DNA from: a virus
Reading direction: 5' to 3' (one strand)
DNA length: 64,000 bases
Virus record (IMG/VR): IMGVR_UViG_3300036792_000267
Coordinates: 1 to 64,000 of that record
The position numbers and the translations under genes are program-made. Numbering within the stretch: the first letter of the stretch is position 1; every line of letters starts with the position of its first letter. The notes beneath the pieces were generated by a model that saw nothing but the letters and a program-made list of their open reading frames with translations, was not told the DNA's origin and did not search any database. Below are positions 9,089-19,154 of the stretch, piece by piece.

Positions 9089-9832
9089 GTGCCTTACGAA
9101 CTGCTGTATTCCAACCTCGGGGCGCCCTGGCCGTCGCTCGCGGCGCGCAAGGTGGTCGTGGGCGGGGTTCCCGTGACGTTCGCCGAGGCGCTGCGCGCCG
9201 CCGAGATACTGCGAGATTCCAGGACGTCCGCCATCGCGCCGGTGCTGCGGGCCGCGGGCTCGCCGCTGGCCGGGTGCGATTACTTCGCCGCCGCCGCGCC
9301 CTACCTGGAGGCCGCGAAGGCCGCCCCCAAGACCGGGCGCGCGGGGGCGGCCGGCCGCCACGTCACCAAGAACGCGTTCCTCGAAGCCGTCGCCCTGGCG
9401 CTGACCCTCGCGCGCGCGCAGGACGTGGCCGGCGCCCTGGAGGCGTTCGGGTCGGACGAGAGGTACGCGGTCGCCATCGCGCGCGCCGCCACCGACGCCC
9501 GTGAGCGCGCCTACGTCGCCGGGGTACGGTCGGCTGTCCGCAGCGCCGTTACCCGCGCTGTGGCCGCCTGCGGGGCCGTGGCGGGGCAGTTCTCGTGCTC
9601 GTGCGTCACCGCGTGCGGCACCGGCACCTGCCGGTTCGCCTCGCCCGCCTACCGGGTGGTGGTCGTGGTCGCCGCGCCCGGCCGCTTCACCCGCCCGGCT
9701 AACCACGTGGACGCCGGGAGGCCGTTCACCGAGACCGGTGCAGCGGCCGAGGTCGTCGCGCTCGGGGCCGCCGGGCACAGCGTGCAGGTCTGGGACACTG
9801 ACGCCCTCGCGACCGGAGACAAGGCTGCCTGA
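9089..9832 (+). CDS. Hypothetical Ala-rich protein
   Basis: GC3-rich ORF. Confidence 0.6.
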   Translation: MPYELLYSNLGAPWPSLAARKVVVGGVPVTFAEALRAAEILRDSRTSAIAPVLRAAGSPLAGCDYFAAAAPYLEAAKAAPKTGRAGAAGRHVTKNAFLEAVALALTLARAQDVAGALEAFGSDERYAVAIARAATDARERAYVAGVRSAVRSAVTRAVAACGAVAGQFSCSCVTACGTGTCRFASPAYRVVVVVAAPGRFTRPANHVDAGRPFTETGAAAEVVALGAAGHSVQVWDTDALATGDKAA

Positions 9833-9849
9833 GCGCCGATTGCCCGGTC

Positions 9850-10134
9850 ATGTCCCTGATTACCGACGTCGAGCAGGCTGCCGAGAAGGTCTTCCGCGAG
9901 GTGGAGGCGAAGGTCGAGAACTTCGACGGGCAGGCCCTGGCTGAGGCCCGCCGGCTGCTCGCTGACGCCAAGACCGCCGAGCAGCAGGTCCTTGCCCTCA
10001 TCCTGACCAACAAGTCCCAGATCGTCACGCTGCTGGAGAAGTACGGCCCTGAGGTGGTGGCCGCGGTCGAGGCTGTCCTCAAGGACCTGCTCACCGAGGT
10101 TCAGGGGCTGTTCGGCCTCACGCCGCCTGGGTAA
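9850..10134 (+). CDS. Hypothetical helical protein
   Basis: Coding bias. Confidence 0.7.
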   Translation: MSLITDVEQAAEKVFREVEAKVENFDGQALAEARRLLADAKTAEQQVLALILTNKSQIVTLLEKYGPEVVAAVEAVLKDLLTEVQGLFGLTPPG

Positions 10135-10147
10135 CGGTCGCAGGAGC

Positions 10148-10462
10148 GTGGGCGCAGTCGGCCGGTTCCTGGTCCACTTCTTCGGGTGCGACTACGGGGC
10201 CCCTTACGGGCAGTTCGTCCCCTATGACTTCTGGTCCGGCGTTTCGGGGTCGTTCCTGGTCGGCCTGACCGTGTTCCTGGTCACCTGGTACGCGAGCCAC
10301 ACCTGCCACGCCTCGCGCTGGTGCATGCGGATCGGCCACTACCCGGCGGCGGGCGGCACCTTCCGGCTTTGTCACCGTCACCACCCGGACTTGCGCGGGC
10401 AGCGACCGCACCGCGACCTCATCGAGCGGCTGCACCGCGAGTACAAGGCGGCCGGGACGTAG
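10148..10462 (+). CDS. Hypothetical membrane protein
   Basis: AGGAG RBS; TM segment; Cys/His cluster. Confidence 0.65.
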   Translation: MGAVGRFLVHFFGCDYGAPYGQFVPYDFWSGVSGSFLVGLTVFLVTWYASHTCHASRWCMRIGHYPAAGGTFRLCHRHHPDLRGQRPHRDLIERLHREYKAAGT

Positions 10463-10470
10463 CAACGGGT

Positions 10471-12159
10471 ATGACGCTGGCCTTGCCCGACGCTGCCCTG
10501 ATGTCCCGTGAGGACCGCCGCAAGCGCGCGGACCGCATCCGCGCCCTGGAGGACATCCAGCCTTTCCCTGAGCTGGACTGGTTCAACTCCGAGCCGTGCG
10601 ACCGCCACGAGAGCCTGAACATCCTGTGCCGTCGCTGCGGCATCAGGCTGCGCAAGCACCAGCGGATCGGGGCCTCGTGGATGTACCTGGGGCTGCCCGG
10701 CTTGCTGAGCGACACAATGGGGTCCGGAAAGACGGCTCAGGTGCTCGCCCTGCTCGCGATGTGCAAGCAGAACGGCGAGCTTGGCCTGCACAACCGGGCG
10801 GTCATCGTCTGCAAGGCCGCCGCGGTCTGGGACCCGTGGGGCGGTGAGCTGAAGCGGCTGCTGCCGGGCATCAGTGCTTACGTTGCCGACGGGGACCGCG
10901 ACCAGCGGATGCGCGGCTACATGGGCAACTGGGAAATCGCGGTTGTCTCCGACCGCACGTTTGCCGGCGCGCACGGGAGCAAGCAGAAGCGGGACGGCGA
11001 TGTGGCCCTGCTGGAGAGCTTCCCCGTCGGGACCTTGATCTACGACGACATCGACCCGATGCGCAACCACCTGACCGAGACGTCGGTGGCCATCAACCGG
11101 CTGGCCGCGCAGTGCGCCCGCGTGCACGGGCTGCACGCCACCCCGATGCAGAAGCGGCTGACCGAGCTGTGGTGCTTCCTGCAGCCGGTCGGTGGCCGGG
11201 TGGCGCTCGGGTCCCTGGAGCGGGTGGAGAACCGCTACGTCTCAGTCGGGTCGCGGACGCTCCTCACCCGCGACTCTAACGACAAGACCGCCCGCCGCCG
11301 CGTGCGCAAGCAGGTCCAGGTCGGTACCGGTATCACCTCCAACCCCCGGCTGGTCGCCGAGTTCCAGGGCCGAATCCGCCCGCTGGTGCTGCGGCGCACC
11401 GCCAAGGACATCGAAGGCGACGTCGCGATGCCGGAGGTCCAGTACAACCCGGTTTTCCTTGACCTGAGCCCGCGCCAGCGCCAGCGGTACGAGGAACTGC
11501 GCCGAGGCACGCTGCGGCGGCTGAAGGAGACCGGCGAGGAAGTCACCCAGACCGAGGCCGCTGCCGCGTTCACCCGCGGGTGGCAGATCTGCAGTGGGCT
11601 GGCCACTTTGGATGAGGGCCCGCGGGCGGACGATTCCGTGAAGCTCGACTGGGCGATGGACCTGCTCACCGGGGACCTGGTCGACGAAAAGGCCGTCGTC
11701 TTCGTCTACTTCAAGAACAACGTGGCTGCCCTGGCGAAGCGCCTGAAGGCGGAGGGCATCGGCGGGGTGCTCATGTGGAGCGGGGAGACCGACAAGCGCG
11801 AGCGCGCCCGCCGCCTGGCCCGGTTTCGCGAGGACCCGTCGTGCCGGGTGCTGGCCGGCACCACCACGATCGAGGCAAGTCTCAACCTGCAGGCGGCACG
11901 GCAGATGATCCTTATCGACACGATCCTCAACCCGGCGCGAATGGCCCAGCTGGTCGGCCGGTGCGCCCGGGTGGGCAGCGCCTTCCCGACGGTGTACGTG
12001 CACCACCTGCTGGCCCGCCAGACTCAGGAGGACGCCTACCTGCCGATGCTGCGGCGCGAGGGGGAAATCGCCGACACGGTGTGGGGCGAGAAGGAGAGCC
12101 TGTTCACCGCGCTGAGCCCGCGCCAGATCATGCGCCTGGTCGCTTACGGCAAGCTCTAG
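10471..12159 (+). CDS. SNF2-family (SF2) helicase
   Basis: [46 protein letters not shown]. Confidence 0.85.
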   Translation: MTLALPDAALMSREDRRKRADRIRALEDIQPFPELDWFNSEPCDRHESLNILCRRCGIRLRKHQRIGASWMYLGLPGLLSDTMGSGKTAQVLALLAMCKQNGELGLHNRAVIVCKAAAVWDPWGGELKRLLPGISAYVADGDRDQRMRGYMGNWEIAVVSDRTFAGAHGSKQKRDGDVALLESFPVGTLIYDDIDPMRNHLTETSVAINRLAAQCARVHGLHATPMQKRLTELWCFLQPVGGRVALGSLERVENRYVSVGSRTLLTRDSNDKTARRRVRKQVQVGTGITSNPRLVAEFQGRIRPLVLRRTAKDIEGDVAMPEVQYNPVFLDLSPRQRQRYEELRRGTLRRLKETGEEVTQTEAAAAFTRGWQICSGLATLDEGPRADDSVKLDWAMDLLTGDLVDEKAVVFVYFKNNVAALAKRLKAEGIGGVLMWSGETDKRERARRLARFREDPSCRVLAGTTTIEASLNLQAARQMILIDTILNPARMAQLVGRCARVGSAFPTVYVHHLLARQTQEDAYLPMLRREGEIADTVWGEKESLFTALSPRQIMRLVAYGKL

Positions 12160-12542
12160 CGGACGGTGACGGTGCCCCCGGCACCCTCGATTGTTTCCAG
12201 GGCGCGCTGCGCGGTCTCCCGGTCGACTCGTTCGAGCACGGTGACCGGTGCGCGCTCCACCAGGTCCTTGGCCTCCTTGAGGCCCAGCCTGGTGAAGACC
12301 CGGACCTCCTTGATGACCTGGATCTTCTTGTTTCCGGTGGCTTCGAGGACGACGTCGAACTCTGTCTGCTCATCCTCCTCGGGCTCGGTGTCGTGCAGCG
12401 GGTTAACCGGCGGCTGCCCGTTCAGCGACACGGCGGCGGAGACCCCGAACGTGTCCTCGAAGTCCTTCACGAACTCGGACAGCTCAAGGAGGGTCATCTC
12501 CTTGAACGCGTCCATCAGGTCAGCGCTGCTGAGCTTCGCCAT
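12156..12542 (-). CDS. rplL: 50S ribosomal protein bL12 (L7/L12)
   Basis: [34 protein letters not shown]...[31 protein letters not shown]. Confidence 0.95.
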   Translation of the reverse strand: MAKLSSADLMDAFKEMTLLELSEFVKDFEDTFGVSAAVSLNGQPPVNPLHDTEPEEDEQTEFDVVLEATGNKKIQVIKEVRVFTRLGLKEAKDLVERAPVTVLERVDRETAQRALETIEGAGGTVTVR

Positions 12543-12620
12543 CGGTCCCTCCTTGGCCTGATTGTGACCGTCATCGTAGCGGGTGCGCGCCGTCGGTGAT
12601 GCGTGACGATCACCGGGGAC

Positions 12621-12821
12621 ATGGCATCAACGCGAGTCGAGTGGTTCCTGGCTGCCAAGAAGGCGCTGCGCGCCCACCCGGACTGGGCCGATGAGCAGGT
12701 GGCGCATCACTGCGGCATCCCGCTTGCCGCCACCGACGAGATTATCCGCCCCGCCCGCCAGGAAATTGAGCAGGACCAGGTTGACCCCGCCTCGAAGCAG
12801 GCCCGGCGGGTGATTGAGTGA
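12621..12821 (+). CDS. Small HTH-like hypothetical protein
   Basis: [15 protein letters not shown]. Confidence 0.55.
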   Translation: MASTRVEWFLAAKKALRAHPDWADEQVAHHCGIPLAATDEIIRPARQEIEQDQVDPASKQARRVIE

Positions 12822-13510
12822 CCGATGAGGAGATTCGCGCCCGGATCGGGGAGCTGGTCACGGAAATCGTGCCGACGGCGCGGAGTGAGGCCTACCGGGT
12901 GTGGCAGCGCGCCCCGCACGCCCTGGAGATGGACGAACTCGAAGCCCTCGCCTTGTCGGGCCTGGCCGCCGCTGCCGCGCGCTGGGTCACCTACTGCGCC
13001 AAGCACGACCACGACCCGTCGCGGTTCGAGTACTTCTACGCGTACTGCCTGCGAAGGATGCGGGGCAGCATGCTCGACTACCTGCGCTCGCAGGACTGGG
13101 TGACGCGCAGCGCCCGGACCAAGGCGAAGGCGCTGCGCGAGGCCGGCCAGGACCGCGGCCTGTCTGACGCCGAGCTTGCGCGGATCACCGGGATGGGCAT
13201 CGATGAGGTGCGGGCCACCAACGCCGCGGTCTCCGCGCGGCCGGTGTCGATCGACGCCGAGCCCTACGACGTGGCCGGGCAGGATGACGTGGAAGGCCAG
13301 GCGGTGGTGAGCGAGGTGCTGGCCGCGCTGTCCGCCGTCGTCGTCCGGTTGTCTGAGCCTGCTCGTGTCGTGCTCGTTCTGCATTATTACCACTCGATGA
13401 CGGTGCCTGAGCTGGCGCCCTACGCCGGCGTATCAGTAGACGAGGCCGTGAGGCTTCACCAGGGAGCTATCTTCGAGATTCACCGGGCGATGCTGGGAGT
13501 CGTGGCATGA
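12818..13510 (+). CDS. FliA/WhiG-family RNA polymerase sigma factor
   Basis: RMRGSMLDYLRSQDWVTRSARTKAK, PVSID, VLVLHYYHSMT region 4. Confidence 0.85.
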   Translation: MTDEEIRARIGELVTEIVPTARSEAYRVWQRAPHALEMDELEALALSGLAAAAARWVTYCAKHDHDPSRFEYFYAYCLRRMRGSMLDYLRSQDWVTRSARTKAKALREAGQDRGLSDAELARITGMGIDEVRATNAAVSARPVSIDAEPYDVAGQDDVEGQAVVSEVLAALSAVVVRLSEPARVVLVLHYYHSMTVPELAPYAGVSVDEAVRLHQGAIFEIHRAMLGVVA

Positions 13511-13791
13511 GGTACGAGCTGTACGCCGTGGAGGTCCTGACGGATACCAACCCGCTGACGTACGCACTGGCTACGCGGGTCAACGAGGGCGGAGTGGGTT
13601 CCCCGCTGGTCTGGCCGGACCGGGCAGGGGCGGAGAAGTACATCGAGGCGGAGTTCGCCCCGCACTGCGGAGACGAGGTGGACGCTCAGGTGGTGCCGCT
13701 GACCGGGGAGACGGGCAGTGAGAACGATGAGTCCTGGGCTCAGCTGGCTAAGACCTGGCCGCACGCGCGCTCAGGCGACGCCTTCAACTGA
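13507..13791 (+). CDS. Hypothetical protein
   Basis: ATGA coupling. Confidence 0.65.
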   Translation: MRYELYAVEVLTDTNPLTYALATRVNEGGVGSPLVWPDRAGAEKYIEAEFAPHCGDEVDAQVVPLTGETGSENDESWAQLAKTWPHARSGDAFN

Positions 13792-13794
13792 CTG

Positions 13795-14268
13795 ATGCCG
13801 CTGAGCGACGTGGAGAAGAGGGCCGGGCGCGCGTTCCGCGACGCCCGGCAGGCTGTCCTTGACGCCCGCAATGAGCAGGACCCGCCGGGCGTGTTCGTGC
13901 TCCCGCTGTGGCGCGTGGTCCGCCACGAGTGCCCGGCTGCGGGCGGGGCGTCGACCGGTGTCATCCTGCGCGAGGCCTGCGAGCCGAGCCCCGAGTACTG
14001 GGCCTGCTACTGCGGGGCCGTGGCGCCGCTTAGCCCGGAGGTCTTTCCCCACGAGGACTGCGACGGCGGTAAGGTCATCGCCGTGGCCGGCCAGTTCGCG
14101 TTCATATGGAAAGAGGGGAAGTGCTCCGGAGCTGGATGCGGGCTGGCCGCCCGCACCCGACGCGGGCGCTTCGTCATCGCCGCCGATCGTCTGCCCGATC
14201 ACGGAAGGACACTTGGTGAGCGACAAGCCCGGCCACATCATCGAGATCCCCGAATCCCTCGGGCGTGA
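13795..14268 (+). CDS. Hypothetical Cys-rich protein
   Basis: Coding bias. Confidence 0.6.
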   Translation: MPLSDVEKRAGRAFRDARQAVLDARNEQDPPGVFVLPLWRVVRHECPAAGGASTGVILREACEPSPEYWACYCGAVAPLSPEVFPHEDCDGGKVIAVAGQFAFIWKEGKCSGAGCGLAARTRRGRFVIAADRLPDHGRTLGERQARPHHRDPRIPRA

Positions 14269-14860
14269 CGTAGACGCCTTCTACGCGGGCAAGCGCCCTG
14301 CCCCGCCCATGGAAGCGTTCATGTCGGACGGGGCGCTGGAGCAGGTGGCCGAGCAAACCGCCGCCGCTGCCGCGCCGGTGCATGCCGCGGACCTGGTGCC
14401 CATCACCAAGGCGGAAGCCGCCCGGCGCACCACGTTCGACGGGGAGACGCTGCCGAACGTGCCCGCCACGCGCCGCGTCATTCCCGAGCCGTTCCGGCGC
14501 CCGCTGGTCCAGTTGGTCAGCGTAGAGGGCCCCACCCACGGCCGGGCGTGGGTCACCTGTCTGGTCGACAAGATTACCGAGGGCGACATGGTGGTCGACG
14601 TCGGCCGCATCGCCTGCGACGCCGAGACTGTCATCAGGTACGAGACCGTCGCCGGGGTGCCGGACGTAGCAGTAGGCATGAAGGTCATTCTCACCGGAGT
14701 CTCCGGTAACCGGGTGCCGTTCAACCCGGGCACGCGCGTCAGGGCCTTTCGTCTGGCCGAGTTATGGGCCGCCATGGCCGCGGGGGCCGCAAGCGGGTCC
14801 TCGACATCGGCTGCGGGGCAGGGATCTCCTCAGACGGGTACGCCGCCTACTTCGACGTGA
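14216..14860 (+). CDS. Hypothetical protein (effective end probably TTA 14762-14764)
   Basis: GGAAGGA RBS; TTATG junction with next gene. Confidence 0.65.
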   Translation: MSDKPGHIIEIPESLGRDVDAFYAGKRPAPPMEAFMSDGALEQVAEQTAAAAAPVHAADLVPITKAEAARRTTFDGETLPNVPATRRVIPEPFRRPLVQLVSVEGPTHGRAWVTCLVDKITEGDMVVDVGRIACDAETVIRYETVAGVPDVAVGMKVILTGVSGNRVPFNPGTRVRAFRLAELWAAMAAGAASGSSTSAAGQGSPQTGTPPTST

Positions 14861-15486
14861 CAGGAGTCGACAACAACCCGGCGGTGGGCCGGTACTACCC
14901 GTACGAGTTTGTTTGCGGGGACGCTCTCAAGCTGGACTCAGGCGGGCGGCCCGTGTCGGCCCTGGAGCCTGGTTACCTGCGGCAGTTCGACCTCATCCAC
15001 CTGGGCGGCCCGTGCCAGCCCTGGAGCAAGATGATGAACTGCCGCCCGGGGCTGCGCGAGAAGTACACCGACCTCATCGGGCCGCTGCGCCCGGTGCTTG
15101 AGGAGAGCGGCGTGCCCTACGTCATCGAGAACGTGGAGGGCGCCCCGCTCAGGGACCCCGTCTGGCTGTGCGCGGTGGCGTTCGGCGTTCCCGAGCTGCT
15201 CCGGCACCGCGGGTTCGAAACCGGCAACGGCCTGGTCATCCCGCCGTTGTACCACCCTAAGCACCCGCTGAAGGCCAGCAAGGCAGGTCACTGGGTGCCG
15301 GGCACGGCGATGTCCCTGGCCGGCCACTCCGCCCCCATCGCCAAGGTCCGCGAGCTGATGGGCGTCACGCGCTACGTCCCGCGCGAGATGCTGATGGAGG
15401 CTGCCCCCGGCTACATGACCGCTTACGTCGCCGCGCACGCCGTGGCCTACCTGAGCCAGGAGGCGGCGTTATGGCCGATGCGGTAG
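14764..15486 (+). CDS. DNA cytosine-5 methyltransferase-like protein
   Basis: VLDIGCGAG, GGPCQPWS, VIENV, RHRGFE. Confidence 0.8.
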   Translation: MGRHGRGGRKRVLDIGCGAGISSDGYAAYFDVTGVDNNPAVGRYYPYEFVCGDALKLDSGGRPVSALEPGYLRQFDLIHLGGPCQPWSKMMNCRPGLREKYTDLIGPLRPVLEESGVPYVIENVEGAPLRDPVWLCAVAFGVPELLRHRGFETGNGLVIPPLYHPKHPLKASKAGHWVPGTAMSLAGHSAPIAKVRELMGVTRYVPREMLMEAAPGYMTAYVAAHAVAYLSQEAALWPMR

Positions 15487-16934
15487 CTCACGGGAACACG
15501 GTCCTGGCTGCCATCGTGGCCGGCGGCGGGTCGGTGAAGGCGCTGGACCACGCGGCCGAGCGGCTGGTCATGCCCGAGCTGTTCTTCACCGACACCGTTC
15601 AGCTCAAGCTCTTCCTGCTGCTTGAGCGGTACCGCCGCCAGGCCGGCGGCATCATGAGCCGCGAGGTGCTGAGCGACCTGCTGCGCGGGCGCAAGCCCGG
15701 CACCATTCAGATGTACGAGGAGGCCTACGACGGGCTGGCCGCGGCGCTGCCCGAGGAGCATCAGTTCCGCCATGCGGTCGACCAGTTGCGCGAGCTGGCG
15801 GCCAAGCGCTTCACTGGCGAGGCGTTCGCCGTGGGCAGGCAGATCCTTGACGCGAGCGAGGCCGAGCCGGTGAAGCTGGAGGACGGCCGGACGCTGTGGG
15901 GGCACCTGGAGGCGCGCGCGTACGTGCAGGCTGCTCTCGCCGACGCGGAGCAACTGGGGTCGGAGGCGGATACCCCGGCAGGCAATGTCACTGGCGAGGG
16001 GGATGAGGTGATGGCTGCCTACGCCCGCGCCAAGGAGCTGCGCCAGTCCGGTCGCCCGGTTGGCGTCCAGCTCGGCTTCCCCGAGCTGGAGCGCTCTCTG
16101 GGCGGCGGCATCGGCAAGGGGCTGTGCTTGATAATCTCGCCCACCTCGGTCGGCAAGTCCAGCCTCTGCGTGCACGCTGCCTGGCACAACGCGGTCGTCC
16201 ACGGGCGCAACGTGTTTTACTTCACCACCGAGCAGCACTACGACGAGGTGCGGGTGAAGCTGTTCGCCCGGCACTCGCGCCACCCCAAGTTCGGGCTTCC
16301 GCGCGGGCTCGACACCCTGGACATCATGTCCGGCCGCCTGTCCGAGGAGGAGGAGCGGGCGCTGGCCTGGGTCGCCGACGACCTGAAGACCGGCGGCTAC
16401 GGGGAACTCCACGTTGTGCAGATGCCTGAGCACTGCACGGTGGCGGCGTTCTCCGGGCGGGCGGAGTCGATGGCTCGTCGGTGCCTCCCTGAGCTGATGG
16501 TGTTCGACTACCTGCAGTTGTGCGACCCGGCGCAGTTGTCGCGCGACTCTAAGGTGCACGAGAACCAGTCGGGCATCGTCAAGGCGTCGCACCGCTGGGC
16601 GGAGACGGCGTTCCACGGCAAGGGGGTTTCCCTCATCTCCCCCTGGCAGCCCAACCAGGGCGGCGCGCAGGCTCTGCGGGGCAGCGGGCCGTTCTCGGTC
16701 GACACGCACATGAGCCAGTCGTCGGAGGCAGGCAAGACGGCGGGCCTGGTGCTCGCGCTGGCCGCGCCGGAAGAGGACACCTCCCGCGGGCGGGCGGCCC
16801 CGCTGGTGCTGTCGGTCGAGAAGAATCGCAACGGCCGGAAGGGCGCGCGGGCGCAGATTGTCGCCGACTACGCGACCAGCTACTTCACCGACCGGGAGCT
16901 GCCGGACGAGGACCCGATCGACTTCGGGGAGTGA
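15471..16934 (+). CDS. dnaB: DnaB-like replicative helicase
   Basis: GFPELERSLGG, SPTSVGKS, FTTEQ, VFDYLQL, VEKNRNG. Confidence 0.85.
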   Translation: MADAVAHGNTVLAAIVAGGGSVKALDHAAERLVMPELFFTDTVQLKLFLLLERYRRQAGGIMSREVLSDLLRGRKPGTIQMYEEAYDGLAAALPEEHQFRHAVDQLRELAAKRFTGEAFAVGRQILDASEAEPVKLEDGRTLWGHLEARAYVQAALADAEQLGSEADTPAGNVTGEGDEVMAAYARAKELRQSGRPVGVQLGFPELERSLGGGIGKGLCLIISPTSVGKSSLCVHAAWHNAVVHGRNVFYFTTEQHYDEVRVKLFARHSRHPKFGLPRGLDTLDIMSGRLSEEEERALAWVADDLKTGGYGELHVVQMPEHCTVAAFSGRAESMARRCLPELMVFDYLQLCDPAQLSRDSKVHENQSGIVKASHRWAETAFHGKGVSLISPWQPNQGGAQALRGSGPFSVDTHMSQSSEAGKTAGLVLALAAPEEDTSRGRAAPLVLSVEKNRNGRKGARAQIVADYATSYFTDRELPDEDPIDFGE

Positions 16935-16935
16935 C

Positions 16936-17469
16936 GTGCCGCGCAAGAGGACGCTGTACGCCATCGCGAACGAGCGCATCTCGTTCGACAAGGCCATGCA
17001 GTGGGCCGGGCAGGCCGGGGCGGTCGCGCGCGACCGCGGGGTCAAGGTCGCCTGCCCGTCTTGCGGCGAGGACGGCGCGATGCGCGTCTACCCGAACCAC
17101 GGGTGGTGCTTCTCCGAGCAGGCGTACTTCTCCCCCGTCGGCCTGCTGGCCGAGGTCTGGGAGATGGACCGCGACACCGCCGCCAAGCGGGCACTGGACA
17201 TGATCGGCTACGCGCCGCCGGAGTACCCCGAGCTGTGGGAGGCCGCGCAGCGCGACCCTGAGCCTGCGCTCGATGACCTGGCGACCGCGCTGCGCCTGTA
17301 CTGCGCGCGGGTGTGCCCGGACTGGGCTGCCCGGCAGTACGAGGATGCCGTGGCGAGCCGGCTGGCCCGCTGCCTGGGGGCGCTGCGGGCGGTCCGGACG
17401 GAGGAGGACTGCCGGAAGTGGCTCACGGTGGCGAAAACGGTCATGGGGCGCGTGCTGTCTCGGCACTAG
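16936..17469 (+). CDS. Primase-type zinc-finger protein
   Basis: KVACPSCGEDGAMRVYPNHGWCF next to DnaB. Confidence 0.55.
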   Translation: MPRKRTLYAIANERISFDKAMQWAGQAGAVARDRGVKVACPSCGEDGAMRVYPNHGWCFSEQAYFSPVGLLAEVWEMDRDTAAKRALDMIGYAPPEYPELWEAAQRDPEPALDDLATALRLYCARVCPDWAARQYEDAVASRLARCLGALRAVRTEEDCRKWLTVAKTVMGRVLSRH

Positions 17470-17478
17470 CGGAATAGA

Positions 17479-17494
17479 CTTGACTCCGGTTAAG
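17479..17494. promoter_or_regulatory. Operator copy
   Basis: CTTGAC-TCCG-GTTAAG. Confidence 0.6.
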
Positions 17495-17545
17495 CTATAG
17501 TTGAGACAGCAACAACTCCCTTACCGAGGGGCTAGGAGAAGACAC

Positions 17546-17968
17546 ATGAAGAGGGACATTCCCGTTCTTGAGGGCTGGCTGAGCCTGCCGAAGGCAGCGC
17601 GCCTGCTCAGCGTGACCCGGCAGCGGGTCTTTCAGATGGGTGCGGAGGAAGACAAGCTGACCTCGCTGCGCCTCATTCCAGGCGCGGGCGACCGGCCGGC
17701 GGCCTACGTGGTCGGTGAGGCCGAGGTGTGCAAGCTGCGGCGCGAGCAGCTGGAGGCCAAGATCGCCTCTGTCAAGGCGGCGGGCGACCCTGACGGCCTG
17801 GCTGGCGAGCTGGAGACGGAGCTGGTGGAGGTTCAGCTGGACGCGGTTTCCCTGCTGTTCGCCCAGCTCGGGGCAGCGGCGGAGGCCGCGGACGTCGCCG
17901 GTGACGCGGACCTGGCCAGGCTGCTGCGCAAGCGGAGGGCGAATATGCGGGCCCCTGTCGCTGCCTGA
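17546..17968 (+). CDS. Helix-turn-helix DNA-binding protein
   Basis: WLSLPKAARLLSVTRQRVFQM; AGGAG RBS. Confidence 0.75.
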   Translation: MKRDIPVLEGWLSLPKAARLLSVTRQRVFQMGAEEDKLTSLRLIPGAGDRPAAYVVGEAEVCKLRREQLEAKIASVKAAGDPDGLAGELETELVEVQLDAVSLLFAQLGAAAEAADVAGDADLARLLRKRRANMRAPVAA

Positions 17969-17983
17969 GCGTAAGGTGACGGC

Positions 17984-18280
17984 ATGCCCGAGCACGACTA
18001 CCTGGATAAGTCTGTCCCGGCTGCCCTTGACGATGACTTCAAGGCCCCGTGGTTCGACTGGCTGACGGAGCAGTGGCCCGAGCGGGACACCGCCCGGGGC
18101 TGCCTCGCGGCGGTGCACCGCATGGATGTTGAGCGCGCCATGCAGCCGCCGGTCGTCAACGTCACCGTGCCCGGCATCCCCGGGCACTTCACCGGGACGC
18201 TCGGCGGCGGCGAGGTGGCCTACCTGCCCGACCCTGCGCTCACCGGCGCGTTCACGGCCTTGCCGGATTCCCTCGCGTGA
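17984..18280 (+). CDS. Hypothetical protein
   Basis: Coding bias. Confidence 0.6.
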   Translation: MPEHDYLDKSVPAALDDDFKAPWFDWLTEQWPERDTARGCLAAVHRMDVERAMQPPVVNVTVPGIPGHFTGTLGGGEVAYLPDPALTGAFTALPDSLA

Positions 18281-18528
18281 GGGTTTCGGTGCGGGCCGTG
18301 CAGCCGGTGCCGCATCGCGGGGTTCTCGCCCCCGTCTGGGAGATGCCCGTCAGGTCGGCCCGCTACGACGACACGGACTACCTGGTCCGGCTGCTCCTCG
18401 ACGGCACCTGGGCCTGCACCTGCTCGGCCTACAACTACGGGTCGCGGCTTGACGGGGAATGCCGTCACATTGACATCGCCCGGGAGGAGCGCGAGCGCCG
18501 CATGACGCTCGCCTTCCTGCTGTGCTGA
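18277..18528 (+). CDS. SWIM zinc-finger protein
   Basis: WACTC...CRHI. Confidence 0.7.
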   Translation: MRVSVRAVQPVPHRGVLAPVWEMPVRSARYDDTDYLVRLLLDGTWACTCSAYNYGSRLDGECRHIDIAREERERRMTLAFLLC

Positions 18529-18543
18529 GGCGTAGGAAAGGAC

Positions 18544-18888
18544 ATGAGCAATCGCCGGACCTCGGTTTACGAGCGCGACGGCTGGCAGTGCCAGATGCCG
18601 GTGTGCTTGTGCCCGGATGGCCGGGCCATTGACCCGGGCCTGCGCGGTACGGGCAGCTTGTGGGCGCCGAGTATCGACCACGTAGTTCGCCGGTCGATGG
18701 ACGGGCCGAACAGCGAGGATAACGTGCGCGCCGCGCACCGGCGCTGCAACATGGCGGACGCTGAAATCCCGCCAGCCCGCCCGCGGCGGGAAAAGCCGTT
18801 GCGGGAGCCGCACCTCAGCTACCGCATCGGTGACCTGTACGCCGAGCAGGCGCAGTTTTTCGGTGACCAGGGGAGCCGGTGGTCATGA
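18544..18888 (+). CDS. HNH endonuclease
   Basis: VYERDGWQCQ..C, SIDHVV, NVRAAHRRCN. Confidence 0.85.
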   Translation: MSNRRTSVYERDGWQCQMPVCLCPDGRAIDPGLRGTGSLWAPSIDHVVRRSMDGPNSEDNVRAAHRRCNMADAEIPPARPRREKPLREPHLSYRIGDLYAEQAQFFGDQGSRWS

Positions 18889-19154
18889 GAGAGCAGGGAC
18901 GCTGTGCCGGGTGCCAGGAGTCTGGCGAGCTGAAGAAGATCGAGCTTCACGTCATGACGTGCGCCAAATGGGCCGCTCTCTACCGTAGTGACCCGGCTGC
19001 CACGCTCATGCCTGCCCAGGAGCACGATCGCTGGGTGCGCGAGGAGCGCGCCGGCGAGCACAAGGCCGACCTGGACCGCCGGGTCGCCGATACCCAGGGC
19101 CGCAGGGCGGCATCGGTCGCCCGCTTCAAGGTCACCGACCCCCTGGAGGACTGA
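18885..19154 (+). CDS. Hypothetical protein
   Basis: ATGA/TGATG coupling. Confidence 0.65.
   Translation: MREQGRCAGCQESGELKKIELHVMTCAKWAALYRSDPAATLMPAQEHDRWVREERAGEHKADLDRRVADTQGRRAASVARFKVTDPLED

Noticed and set aside
8881-9504. 207-aa ORF with GGAGG RBS
   Set aside because: Arg/Gly-rich off-frame composition, overlaps the better ORF at 9089, and lies in strongly paired RNA.
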